DNA of 63,196 nucleotides, counting the filler, from Octopus bimaculoides (Eukaryota), in the NCBI RefSeq assembly GCF_001194135.2. It is 9 parts of 9 records of this genome, joined end to end, with 100 filler letters (N's around TTAATTAATTAA, not from the genome) between each part and the next. Parts side by side here need not be neighbours in the genome. Positions count along the whole stretch, not along the records: positions 3,761 to 24,620 come from NC_068981.1; positions 24,721 to 31,179 come from NC_068984.1; 7 more parts are not named here. One strand, 5' to 3'. Position numbers and translations under genes: made by a program. The notes below the pieces were generated by a model, which had not been told where the DNA came from, ran no database searches, and was given only the letters and a program-made list of their open reading frames with translations. Below are positions 12,150 through 25,506 of the stretch, one piece after another (position 1 is the first letter of the stretch; each line of letters starts with the position of its first letter).

Positions 12150-12760
12150 ATCATTGTCTTTCTTTAAGAATACTTTTTTTAAATCAGAAGTGTATTTATT
12201 GAAGTTATCTGGATATATGCTATGCAGTTACAGACACGAAACTATCAAATATTGGTTAGACTCAATTATTTATAGATTACTAGACCGTATCGATAAGCAA
12301 TTTCTTTTTGATGGTTTTCAATTTATTTTACAAAATAACTACTTTATAATCAGTGAGACAGAATACCGACAAAAATCAGTCTCACATATGGTGAGTAAAG
12401 CTACAGTAACATACGCGAATTTAGTTTGAAGTGTCATGAATTTAGCATTTCTGTATTATCCACATATATATTTTGAAATAATTTCAGTAGTTATTTCAAA
12501 TACAACTGACAAATGGAAAAGGTTTCTAGACAATTGCATTATCTTAAGGAGGGAAAATCTTGATCAGCTGAACGAAGTTTGAATGTCTCACATCCAGTTT
12601 GCTATGGAGTACAATAACGACAAATACCCTTTCTTAGACATGGTAGTGATAAATAGAAATTGGTTGTTAGAAACTGATATATGCTTTAAAGGAATATTGC
12701 CTATTTTCAGCATCCACATATTTTAGTGAAGTGTTTGTGCAATAGTCTTGAATCTTTTGA
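12150..12760 (+). mobile_element. Heavily decayed Penelope-type RT fragment (approx.)
   Basis: FILQNNYF...YRQKS...MVSKATVTYANL; WKRFLDNC; IPFLDMVV. These resemble PLE RT motifs 4-7. Confidence 0.55.
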
Positions 12761-15336
12761 CAAGAATAATCTCATCTAGAAGAGATGAAGGAAATACTTA
12801 TTGAATAAAAATGCCCGTTGAATTTAATCAATAATAAAACTGAAATATCAAAATAAATTGGCATCGATAACGACGTCTTTGTAAACATTCATCAAAACCT
12901 ATATGTTACTTCGAGACACAGACAAATAAGCCAATCATTAAAAGTAAGAGAGAAGCATTAATAGTAAGATAAACTCAAAACTACTTACATCAGTAAATGT
13001 CCACAATGTCGATTTTGTGTAGCCATGCATTATAAGTTACTGAATTCCATTTCAAAAGAGTATTCAAGATTAAAGAAAATAAATTCTTGCTCTACCAAAA
13101 GTTATATATATGGAGTGTGTGTTTATCAGCGAAACATCTAAGCTCCACGCATCTCCAGCAGAAGGTAATGTCGAACTTCTGCTGACTCTTTTGCCACAAC
13201 TTTTTCTCACTCTTTCCTCCTGTATCTAGCAGCCCACCTGTGACATGTGTGTACATACCTTCATCTACATGTACATATAGATGCATATCTGGGTACATGA
13301 CGTTGCAAAAAAACATGGACAAAAACACACAGGCCACATAGAGAACATATCCTTCATCAGCTGTATGTATACATATACGTATACATATATGTATGCATTG
13401 ACAAGGGGCAACACCCTGAAACTAGTCTGCAGATGCCAAACTAGCAAGGGGAAACTGCTGACCTCCCCTGTTCGAAGGTTATAAAGGACACAGGTTTCGT
13501 GTGTCACATAGCTAGCTAGAGGCGATGGCTTCTTGGAGCTAATACACGGCAGCTTTCGTCCTAATTTTGGGACTGCCATGTTGGCTTGGCGATAATCATT
13601 AATTTCCAGTACCGCTGCCGTAGTCTCCTTTAGAGAGACTTAGAAATATTAATAACTCTATGTANNNNNNNNNNNNNNNNNNNNNNNNNNNNNNNNNNNN
13701 NNNNNNNNNNNNNNNNNNNNNNNNNNNNNNNNNNNNNNNNNNNNNNNNNNNNNNNNNNNNNNNNNNNNNNNNNNNNNNNNNNNNNNNNNNNNNNNNNNNN
13801 NNNNNNNNNNNNNNNNNNNNNNNNNNNNNNNNNNNNNNNNNNNNNNNNNNNNNNNNNNNNNNNNNNNNNNNNNNNNNNNNNNNNNNNNNNNNNNNNNNNN
13901 NNNNNNNNNNNNNNNNNNNNNNNNNNNNNNNNNNNNNNNNNNNNNNNNNNNNNNNNNNNNNNNNNNNNNNNNNNNNNNNNNNNNNNNNNNNNNNNNNNNN
14001 NNNNNNNNNNNNNNNNNNNNNNNNNNNNNNNNNNNNNNNNNNNNNNNNNNNNNNNNNNNNNNNNNNNNNNNNNNNNNNNNNNNNNNNNNNNNNNNNNNNN
14101 NNNNNNNNNNNNNNNNNNNNNNNNNNNNNNNGTGTGTATGTATATATGTATGTATGTGTGTACGTTTGCATGTATGTATGTATGTATGTATGTATGTATG
14201 TATTCTGCATATTCTTGTGTTTGTGTGTTTTTTATGTATGTGTGTGCATGTGTGTATATGTATGTATGTACCTCTGTCTCCTTATGTGTGCATGTCTGTG
14301 TGTGTGTGTATATATGTGGTCATGTGTTTCAGTCTCTATTTGGGTATGTGGTTGTCTATTCATATACCCTATGTACCTACCCGTCTGTATGTAGACGTGT
14401 TTGTTTACATATACATACATGTGCATGCACACACACACATACACCCACACACACAGACATACATACATCTATCGGCATAAAAAGTCCATTAACTGTTCTA
14501 CTCTACCTGTTTAAAATGTGGGTATGGGGGTATGATATCTATGTATATTTCCTATTTAGTATTGGGGAAGTTTCATTTATAAGGACGTACTCCCGTATTT
14601 GACAAATTCTTAGGAAAATNNNNNNNNNNNNNNNNNNNNNNNNNNNNNNNNNNNNNNNNNNNNNNNNNNNNNNNNNNNNNNNNNNNNNNNNNNNNNNNNN
14701 NNNNNNNNNNNNNNNNNNNNNNNNNNNNNNNNNNNNNNNNNNNNNNNNNNNNNNNNNNNNNNNNNNNNNNNNNNNNNNNNNNNNNNNNNNNNNNNNNNNN
14801 NNNNNNNNNNNNNNNNNNNNNNNNNNNNNNNNNNNNNNNNNNNNNNNNNNNNNNNNNNNNNNNNNNNNNNNNNNNNNNNNNNNNNNNNNNNNNNNNNNNN
14901 NNNNNNNNNNNNNNNNNNNNNNNNNNNNNNNNNNNNNNNNNNNNNNNNNNNNNNNNNNNNNNNNNNNNNNNNNNNNNNNNNNNNNNNNNNNNNNNNNNNN
15001 NNNNNNNNNNNNNNNNNNNNNNNNNNNNNNNNNNNNNNNNNNNNNNNNNNNNNNNNNNNNNNNNNNNNNNNNNNNNNNNNNNNNNNNNNNNNNNNNNNNN
15101 NNNNNNNNNNNNNNNNNNNNNNNNNNNNNNNNNNNNNNNNNNNNNNNNNNNNNNNNNNNNNNNNNNNNNNNNNNNNNNNNNNATATATATATATACATAC
15201 ACATATATATATATACATATAAGTATACACACACACACACACATATATGTACATATATATCCATATACATACACATATACATATATATATACATATGTAC
15301 ATACATATATATACATATACATACACACAAATACGC

Positions 15337-15376
<40 letters not shown>

Positions 15377-15524
15377 ATATATATATATATGTAATAATTT
15401 TGAAGAAACAGTAAAAGCATTGATTTGTAAAAAACTTCCGTATTAATTATACCAATTTCTAATCTCGCAGGGTTAATCAATTTGCATTTAGCATTAGATA
15501 GAGATTTCTTTTCATTGTCCTTAA

Positions 15525-16990
15525 TTAGTAAGGAATTTTTTCTTAAATCAATGCTAAAGTTAGAGGGGCAACCAATTTAGTAGGTCCAGTAGTATAGAAG
15601 TTGTTAACTGGCTTAGAGCAATTAGAAATAAGAATAAAGCAGGATTTACACAATTTGATATTGTAGACTTCTATGCATCTATTTCTAGAAAACTGCTAGA
15701 TAAAGCCCTCACTTTTGCAAGTGATTTTACAGAGATTAGTGAACAAGATAAGGATATAATCCGTCATGATAGAAAGACCTTACTCTTCAGCAAGAACGCG
15801 GAGTGGGTCAGGAGAGCAGACACAGAGGGTTCTTTCGATTTGAGCACGGGGTCATATGATGGAGCAGGAATATGCGCTCTCATTCCTGCTTGACACGTTA
15901 GGAAAAGCTTCTCCTGGTGTATATTTTTCTATTTAAAGCGACGATGCTCTAGCTTTAACTAACAATACCAATGGATTAGCGCGGAAGGGTATTATCCATC
16001 TTATGAAAACGTTCGATCTTAGTACAGATAGATACCAACCAGACGGTTGTCAACTTCCTTGACGTCTCTCTAGATTTACAAATGAATATTTACAAACCCT
16101 ATAGAAAGCCCAACGATAGACTTAGTTATATTAATGAACATTCCTGCCATCTCCCCATAGTGTTTAAAAACTTAGTTAAGAATATTAGTAAGAGAATTTC
16201 TAGCCTCTTCTCCAATATAAACATATTTAATAATGCTGCCCTACTTTATAACAATGCCCTTAAAGCTAGTGGATTTAAAGAGGAAATAGCTTACACACTT
16301 ACTATTAGACCAGAAATAAAGAAAAGAAAACATAGACACAGGAGAATTATCTGGTACACACCCCCTTCACTCCCCGAAGTGACCTTTAATATAGGTAAAT
16401 ATTTCTTGTCACTTATAGATAGACATATTCCAGTACATCACAAATATAGAAAACTCTTTAATAGGCATAACGTAAAAATTAGTTTTAGTTCCACCCCAAA
16501 CTTTAAAGCATAGTTACACACAATGCAACATAACAACACAAAGCCGGTTGTTCCTGCAGGGATAAAGACTTGTGCCCACTAAATGGAGCCTGTTTGACGG
16601 AGGCCATTATTTAAGAAGCAACCGTAAATTCCACGAACGCTAATAATACAGTTTCATACAAGAAATATGTGGGTCTCAAAGAGGGAAATTTCAAAGCAAG
16701 CTTCAACAATTACACCTTAAGCTTCAGACACTCAAATAAATGAAAAACTGCCAAATTATCCAGTTATAAATGGTTCTTAAAAGAACAAGGTGTCAGCTAC
16801 AGGATTTACTGGAAGAGCTTAGTTAAGCGTAAACCTTATACTAACGGTAGTGGCAAGTGCGGTCTTTGTAATATGGAAAGATGGCTTAACTGGAAAAGTT
16901 CCTTGGACCCCGCTACATGTTTAAATTCAAGAACGTAACATTTTAGAATATGTTCACATGTCACAAAATACCTATTACGGTTTTGGGACC
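15525..16990 (+). mobile_element. Penelope-like element copy 1 (Naiad-type RT + C-terminal GIY-YIG), decayed (approx.)
   Basis: FDIVDFYASISRKLLDKAL; IYKPYRKPNDRLSYINEHSCH; RRIIWYTPP; CSCRDKDLCPLNGACLTEAII; YWKSLVKRKPYTNGSGKCGLC. Multiple stops and frameshifts. Confidence 0.85.
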
Positions 16991-17606
16991 CCGCCAAGAT
17001 CATGGCTAGAATCCACATTTCTACAATGTTCCTGTACAAGCTTTCTCATACGTTTTAACTTGCATTAATGTTTAATTTTTAATTTTAATTTTTTTATATA
17101 TATTTTCTCATATCTTCCTTTTTCCTTTTAATCGTATGTGTGTGTACGTGTGTGTACGTGTGTGTGTATACTGTATGTATATATATTATATGTACGTGTG
17201 TGTGTGTTTATGTGTATATGTATGTATATGAGTGTAAGACTGTCCAGTGCATATATGCGACTTTCATGCACAAGCCCCTTCCTTTATACGGATATGCATA
17301 TGTTTGTATATATGCAGGAGTGTGAATGTATGTCTGTATATATATATACCGTAATAGGTATTTTGTGACATGTGAACATGTTCTAAAATGTTACGTTCTT
17401 GAATTTAAACATGTAGCGGGGTCCAAGGAACTTTTCCAGTTAAGCCATCTTTCCATATTACAAAGACCGCACTTGCCACTACCGTTAGTATAAGGTTTAC
17501 GCTTAACTAAGCTCTTCCAGTAAATCCTGTAGCTGACACCTTGTTCTTTTAAGAACCATTTATAACTGGATAATTTGGCAGTTTTTCATTTATTTGAGTG
17601 TCTGAA
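16723..17606. repeat. 259-bp near-perfect inverted repeat (arms 16723-16981 and 17348-17606)
   Basis: Arm 2 is the reverse complement of the Naiad-1 endonuclease 3' end, with one mismatch seen. Confidence 0.9.
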
Positions 17607-17956
17607 TATATATATGTATTATGTTACGTGTATGCATGCAAGCACCTATGTGTATATGAGGATAAGGTTGGGTACACACACACACGCACACATATATATA
17701 TACATGTGTGCCTGTATGTATGGATATGTGTGTATGTATGAGTACGTACATACATATATGTTTGTGTGTGTGTATGTGCATGTACGTATACATGTTTGTG
17801 TGTGTACGTATGTAGACGTTGCGGACGCAGGAGGTTTATGTCTATGTATTGTGAGAATATGGATGTGTGTATGTTTTAAATATTTTTTCCCTTTTATTTT
17901 TCTACTTATTAGAGTAACTTTTATTCAACGGTTTTTCATAACGCTTGTTGCCATTA

Positions 17957-18015
17957 ATAACCGAAGAGAATGTATCGTAGCTCTCCGCTCCGACATTCGA
18001 AACTTCGAGTACTAT
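17957..18015 (+). ncRNA. Degenerate type I hammerhead ribozyme motif downstream of Naiad copy 1
   Basis: ATAA-CCGAAGA(17961-67; U4>C)-GAATGT/ACATTC stem II-GAAA(17999-18002)-CT-TCG-AG-TA (GUA)-CTAT. Same layout as the 2258 motif. Confidence 0.6.
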
Positions 18016-18125
18016 ATCGGCAGCCTTTTACTGTTTCTTCTAAATCATAACATATATAAATAATCTTTTTATCTAATATCGAGGTTTCATTCTTTTGCTG
18101 TTACTTATTATTATTATTATTATTA

Positions 18126-18190
<65 letters not shown>

Positions 18191-18191
18191 G

Positions 18192-18981
18192 TTCAGTAGT
18201 TTTATTTTTATAACGTGCTTTCACTTAACTACAGAGCGCAGCTCTGTGCGTATTGGGTATGTGCTGTGGTTTGCTGTGGTGCTCTTATGTTTACTGTATT
18301 GAAAGTGTTTTGCGTAGAATGTGTGCAGTACCCAGTAGTGCAATTTTCTGTATGCTATATATATTTGTAAGTCCTGGTGTTTTTGTTATGTATTTGTCTG
18401 AATATTTTTTTATTATACCTAAGGCACCTACTATGATAGGAATTGTTTCTGTTTTTAGATTCCACATTCGAGTTATCTCTATTTCCAGGTCTTTGTATTT
18501 TGAAAGTTTTTCCATTTCTTTTAGAGAAACGTTGTCATCTGCTGGTATTGATACATCANNNNNNNNNNNNNNNNNNNNNNNNNNNNNNNNNNNNNNNNNN
18601 NNNNNNNNNNNNNNNNNNNNNNNNNNNNNNNNNNNNNNNNNNNNNNNNNNNNNNNNNNNNNNNNNNNNNNNNNNNNNNNNNNNNNNNNNNNNNNNNNNNN
18701 NNNNNNNNNNNNNNNNNNNNNNNNNNNNNNNNNNNNNNNNNNNNNNNNNNNNNNNNNNNNNNNNNATATAGGTCCCAGCTCTGTCGTGTCTGTGAATATA
18801 TTCCTTCTTAGCCAGGACTGGGCAGCCAGAGATAATATGATTTATTGTTTCTTGTCGATCTCCACATATTCTACAGTTACTTGTTATATTTCTTTTCATT
18901 ATGTGTTTTTGGTAATTTCTGGTGGGGAGGCTCTGATCTTGTGCAGCAATTAAAAATCCTTCAGTCTCTGCTTTGAGTCCT

Positions 18982-18984
<3 letters not shown>
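18192..18984 (-). mobile_element. R4/Dong-clade non-LTR retrotransposon, 3' part (CCHC + RLE endonuclease), flanked by (AAT)n
   Basis: LKAETEGFLIAAQDQSLPTRNY...CRICGDRQETINHIISGCPVLAKKEYIHRHD...DVSIPAD...EKLSKYKDL...IPIIVGALG...GTAHILRKTL. There are (ATT)n arrays at about 18105-18190 and 18985-19057. Confidence 0.85.
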
Positions 18985-19058
<74 letters not shown>

Positions 19059-19064
19059 CATAAG

Positions 19065-20432
19065 CGCCCCCTCAGACACAATCCGTACCAAAGAAAATTG
19101 AAAGAACTTATAAGATCCTGGGATACTAAAAATGATATTTTGACACATTCAGACAAAACTAGAAACATATATAGTATTGACCCCAACATATACCACGAAC
19201 TCATACATGGAGAAATAACAAAAGATATAAGGTAGTATCCAACAGCATACTAAAGAAGATGAACCTAGAAACCAGAAATATATTATCCTAGATTTTAATT
19301 TAGGTGAAAAAATAGAACCTTTTACTCCAATTAGACACCACATAACAATTAAGGACCAAAAAGAAAACTTCCCTAGTAACACACAGGTTAGATTAGTATG
19401 TCCCAATAAATCTGAGATAGGTAAACTTAGTAAAGCAATCTTAGATTACTTTATCTGCCAACACTCAAAAATAAAATCAAACTAGAACTATGGAAAAACA
19501 CACAAGGTGCACTGGATTGGTTCTCCAATATACATATAGGAAATAGATATAACCAAAAGTTCTTACATATCGATATACAGAACTATTATGCTTCTATAAA
19601 CCCTGTTGTCCTGAATAGCGCCCTCATTTTCGCCAGGAGATATACTAACCTAAGTACGAGGGAGATAAATGTGATACTCACTGCCCGTAAGACTGTTATT
19701 GAATTTGATAACAAATTATGGGCGAGGAAAGACATACCGGACCTCTTTAATATCACGATGAGATCGCCGGACTCGGCGGAAGCGACAGACATGATAGGTC
19801 TATACATCCTGGATAATATAAGTAGAGAATTCACCAAATTAACCGGAGGTCTATATAGAGATGACGCACTATTATTATTTAAGAACGTTTCAGATAGACG
19901 CCCAGAACTACTAAAAAAGAGGTTAGGTAACTTCTTTAATAAGTTTGGCCTATATATAACCATAAAAAATGAAAACTATTCTATAAACTATTTAGATGAG
20001 AATTGTAGCTTAAATACCAGACTCCATGAGCCTTATACTAAAGAAAACTCTACACTAAGATATATAAATAGCTCTAGTAACCATCATCTTACAAATGAAA
20101 AAGCCCTACTTCTAAATATAAGTAAAAGAATTTCAAATCTATCCTCTAATGAAGAAATCTTTAATAAACACAGGGAAAAATATAACATAGCACTAAAAAT
20201 GAGGGATATAAAGGTAAAATTAAATATCTTCCAAGGAATATTAACTATAGTAGCCAGGATAGAGCAACTACATCCAGCCCCCAAAATTTGGACGAATGTA
20301 ACACTACCAAAGATAAATATAAATATAACAATAGAAATATTAGGAACACGATAAAGCGACCCATAAAAAATAATAATAACCATAATAACAATAAGAACAA
20401 TAATAAAAAAAAAATAATAATGAGAAAATGGC

Positions 20433-20489
<57 letters not shown>

Positions 20490-20847
20490 TAAAAACAAAA
20501 ATAGGAATAATAAAACAAACAATACCCATAATGTAAAAAAACACTGATAAGAAAATTAATGAAATTGATACCCTGTGGTTGATCATCCCTTTCGCTATGC
20601 AAATTAAGAATAACATAGTAAAAACAATATTTGGATTAATTAAAAACACTTTACAAAAGAAAAAAAACAAATATTGGGAAATAATTAATAACAAAACAAT
20701 AATAGGATATAATCTAACAATAACCTAGCTACCATCATATCCTCAATTAAGAATAGAAAACTGAACACCTTCTAAGTAGAAAAAATAATAAAAATGATAA
20801 TGCACAAGTAATAATGATGCTACTACTACTACTACTACTACTACTAC

Positions 20848-20880
<33 letters not shown>

Positions 20881-20953
20881 TTATTATTAATATTGTTATT
20901 ATTATAACAGCAACAATATAAATGAAAGTAATAATAATAACATTATTCTAGCC

Positions 20954-21009
<56 letters not shown>

Positions 21010-21550
21010 TAATAATAATCACATTAGTAACAACAATAACATTATTGGTATAAACAATAGCCACAGTACTAATAATGTAATGACTATCACTCCCAATAAT
21101 ATAAATCCCACACAGCTACTTAAAACATGTAATTGTAGAATCAGCAGTAATTGTGTATTCAATAATTGCTGCATTAGAAAGGAAGTAGTATATCAATGTA
21201 TAGCAAGTACACAATATGATAGTAAGGTATATGTGGGAGCGACCAAAAACAGTATGAAACAGAGGCTGAATCAACACAGATACACTTTTAGAAATAGAAA
21301 TAGGCGAAATAGTACAGGATTAAGTGACTATATATGGGAACTAAAGGATGGGAGAATTAATTATAATTTGCATCGGAAAATATTAACAACAGCACCAGCA
21401 TATAATACTAGAAATAGAAAATGTTTGTTGTGTATTAATGAAATTTTCTTTATAATCAAAGCAACATCTCCGATTATAAACAGTCTTAATGAACGCAACG
21501 TTTCCTCTCTTCATTAAACTAAGTATACCTTCTCCAAATACCACTAGTAC
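19065..21550 (+). mobile_element. Penelope-like element copy 2 (Naiad-type), 5'-truncated, with Asn-microsatellite linkers (approx.)
   Basis: SDKTRNIY; KDQKENFPSNTQVRLVCPNKSEIGKLSK; IDIQNYYASI; GLYRDDALLL (RT active-site DD); LRYINSSSNH; CNCRISSNCVFNNCC; VY...YVGAT...RLNQH...TGLSDYIWELK...CLLCINE (GIY-YIG). Confidence 0.9.
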
Positions 21551-21626
21551 CTAATATTGAAACCCATACTGACATAATATTTCTTAATATTTATTAGGGT
21601 TGTTGTTGTTGATGCTCTATTATATC

Positions 21627-21698
<72 letters not shown>

Positions 21699-22190
21699 GG
21701 GTGTGTTTATCTATATGCGTATATTTTTGTGTGTGTATTTATATTTATATATATATGTACATGTGTATATGTATATTAGGTTATATATAGTAATCCGAGT
21801 ATGCTGGTATAGTCATAAGCTAGGACATATATATGTGTATATAAGTATATACTCATACTTGTACGGATATATATGACAAAATGGACAGGATTCAATAGAT
21901 TCGTTATAGATATCTTCACACATATAATAAAAAATGAATATACACATATATTGATATATAAAGTTCAAGATATGGATTCGAACTGGTTGACTATGTATAT
22001 ATTGGAGTTAACGTATTAATATAGATATAGAAACACATATCTGATTAGAGTATTTGTGGATCTTTGGATATACTTATGTTGTCATGTAAATGAACATGAA
22101 CATATACATATAATTATGCGTGTGTATGTATATTCGAGGAGTTTTTATATATATGTAAAGACAAGTATGGTTGTACATATAATATAAATT

Positions 22191-22297
22191 GTTATACATA
22201 CATAAATTATGATCTTAATATATGATGTCGTTATACATACATAAATTATGATCTTAATATATGATGTCGTTATACATACATAAATTATGATGTTAAT
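22191..22297. repeat. 39-bp minisatellite, about 2.7 copies
   Basis: Units start at 22191, 22230 and 22269 (GTTATACATACATAAATTATGATCTTAATATATGATGTC). Confidence 0.85.
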
Positions 22298-22714
22298 TAT
22301 GATGTTAATATATATAGGTATGAAAGCATTGATTGATTGATTAGCTAATTAGCTGATTTGTTTACTATCTGATGGTTTTAAATATCTTATTCAATTTATA
22401 AAGGTGAATCAAAGAGTTATCCCCCTTCTATCCAAATAAAAATAGCGAAAAAATGGCGAAACATAAACATCCTACTATTAGCTGGTACCCCCACTCAAAT
22501 AAACACTAAAATTAAATAATTAAAATTAGATAACTAAATAAATAGATGGTCTAAATAAATGATTAGATGATTAATTGAGCAACTCAACACTATTGCATAG
22601 CGCCTTGCACTTAATGTTTTGTGTCTGATGAAATACATTATAATATAAACATATTGTAACGATGAATAACAACAACTTGGAGAAATAACTTATCCATTGA
22701 TAAAAAAAAAATGT

Positions 22715-23172
22715 ACTTATAATTTCTATCTAAAATTTCCCCCTGTTTATATTGCTTATATATTTTGGTAAATGCACATTTAATCCCTTTAACTAGACGG
22801 ATACACGTTTTCACATTCATAATATATGGTTTCATACAATTGTAATACCTTATTTCTCGTAAACAATCTAAAAACCACATCCCCTAGTCATATCACTATA
22901 CCCTATTATATTATACTCACTAACCTATACACTCCTCAACTATACACTTATAATTTCTATCTAAAATTTCCCCCTGTTTATATTGCTTATATATTTTGGT
23001 AAATGCACATTTAATCCCTTTAACTAGACGGATACACGTTTTCACATTCATAATATATGGTTTCATACAATTGTAATACCTTATTTCTCGTAAACAATCT
23101 AAAAACCACATCCCCTAGTCATATCACTATACCCTATTATATTATACTCACTAACCTATACACTCCTCAACT
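22715..23172. repeat. Tandem direct duplication, 227 bp x2 (period 231)
   Basis: 22715-22941 matches 22946-23172, and the ORF track shows identical minus-strand peptides. Confidence 0.9.
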
Positions 23173-23772
23173 TTTTACTTCTATAATTTTTAATTTAATT
23201 TAATTTAATTTAGTTTAATTTAATCGAATCAAGTCTAAATATCAATTTTTACTCTCATACCTACCCATAGTTAAATATGAATTATTTGTTTCTGTTTTCA
23301 TGCGTATATAATTTTTATGTAGTTTGTTTATGTTATATGTTAACCACTAACTAATCATAGCAGCGTCATAGCCTTTCAAATAAATTAGCTGACCAATTAG
23401 ATTACGTGAATGATCACAACACCTTCCTCATTACCGATAGGGATTCAGCAACTTGTTAACTATAAAATAACAGAAAAAATAACGGAAGATAATACAGTAT
23501 CTTGTTAAGTACCCAGAGATTTAATGCATTTACTAATTTAGTACCAACCGCTATCATAACTATTGATACCAGCTTCCACCCAATAATGGGAACCATGATT
23601 TCAGGCCCTCAACTATAAACACATCATATATTTATGTATATGTATATGCATATCTATGTGTGTACATTTGTTCATTCATGCATTCATTTATTTATATGCC
23701 AGGAAAATACGAACCACTGCGGGAATAACCTTATCTAACGCATGAAATAAGTGTGCGTATGTATATATATGC

Positions 23773-23812
<40 letters not shown>

Positions 23813-24747
23813 GTATGTGTATGTATGTATATGTATATATATATATATATTTCTCCTTTTATGTGCATTTTCATTTGTAAAAAACTGTAGCCATCTCAAA
23901 CTCCATTATTTTCTTCGATTATACTGTTATTCTCTTTCTCTTTTTATGCATTCTCTAATAAGAATATTATACTAAACCTACTAATAAATATTTCGGTTAT
24001 AAGTATGTACATGCATATATACATGCACATGTGTATGTATGTATGTATGTATGTATGTATGTATGTATGCATGTATGCATGTATGTATGTATGTATGTAT
24101 GTATGTATGCATGTATGTATGTATGCAAGTATGTATGTATCTATGGGTGTGTATGTATATATATAAATGTACATATATATATGTATATATATATTTATAT
24201 ATCCATAAATTAGCCCTATGAACTTCTTGGACTATCTCTCTGACGAAGCCTAGAGGCTTACCCAAGTACCCTAATTTTATCTACAGATTACTACAATACG
24301 CTGAAAAGATGGAAATGATATATGGGATACTGTGACCTCTTGGCTGAAGAAGCTGTAAGAAACTGTTCTTTCTCTATTCTAGAAATTACTAATACTTTAC
24401 ACATGTATTTATATATTATCTGAACTGTTTAAAATATATAAATAAATAGACATAATATAATGTCTAACAGCTGATGAATACTAACTTTGGATTCCCTCCA
24501 TTTTCTTCTTGCCATATAAATTACGGGTAAAACCACGCAATAACCAACACTTGTGTAATAATTAGGTATTCTACCAGCAGTATATTCGATAGATACTATC
24601 CCTTAGTCGGCTGGATCCACNNNNNNNNNNNNNNNNNNNNNNNNNNNNNNNNNNNNNNNNNNNNTTAATTAATTAANNNNNNNNNNNNNNNNNNNNNNNN
24701 NNNNNNNNNNNNNNNNNNNNAGGAGAAATTAAATGTATTCGACCAAA

Positions 24748-24795
<48 letters not shown>

Positions 24796-25506
24796 AACAA
24801 GGCCATGCATTATTAATGGAAGAGGTATTTTAGCTGAAATCGACCTCAATATCTGTCAACCTCCGAAATAATGGAATCCTGAGTGTTACTAAGAAGAATT
24901 TGAACTTAAGCAGAAATAACGAAAATAAAAGACAAAAAGGAAGCCCTGAGCATAGCATAAGAGGTATTTCGTTTTCTGTTGCTTCTAGGAACATTTGATG
25001 ATGACGTGAACACCTCATGGAACATGAACTCACGCTGCGTTGCTCATTGTTTGCGTATCGGTGAAATTATCAGTATTATTTATTGCATATCATTTTACAT
25101 AAGCATGTATCGGTTTTTTAAAATCACAATTAGTGAGAATAATTTTTATCCTTTATTGTTTTCTATTGCGCGTAGCTGTTTATATTAATCTTGAGTATAC
25201 ACATTAGCATTTCGCTAAATCAGCCATAAATTTATATAGTAAATATATATACTGACAGAGGGTTTCAGCTGAACCATTCAAACAATGAAGATAGACACTG
25301 CAGATGAGTCTACAATTAACAGACGAAACTAGTTTTGTACAGTTGTTTCCCAGCTCTGGTCATGGGGCGGTTATCTCCCCTGTCAATGTATATGCAGAGT
25401 ACGGTGAATAAACTATCATCTAAATTACGCAAAATTGAAAATAACACTGACATCTCATTTTAACAGATATATGTACCAAAATTACATTTAAAATATCTTG
25501 AAATAC

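Noticed and set aside
16740-16743. In-frame TGA in the Naiad-1 endonuclease as possible selenocysteine (some Naiads are reported to encode Sec)
   Set aside because: The position aligns to Arg in copy 2 (likely CGA>TGA decay), the copy has many other lesions, and I found no SECIS.
24240-24262. CTGACGA-AGCC-taga-GGCT and CTGAAGA at about 24347 as hammerheads
   Set aside because: The first lacks GAAA after stem II and the second lacks stem II.
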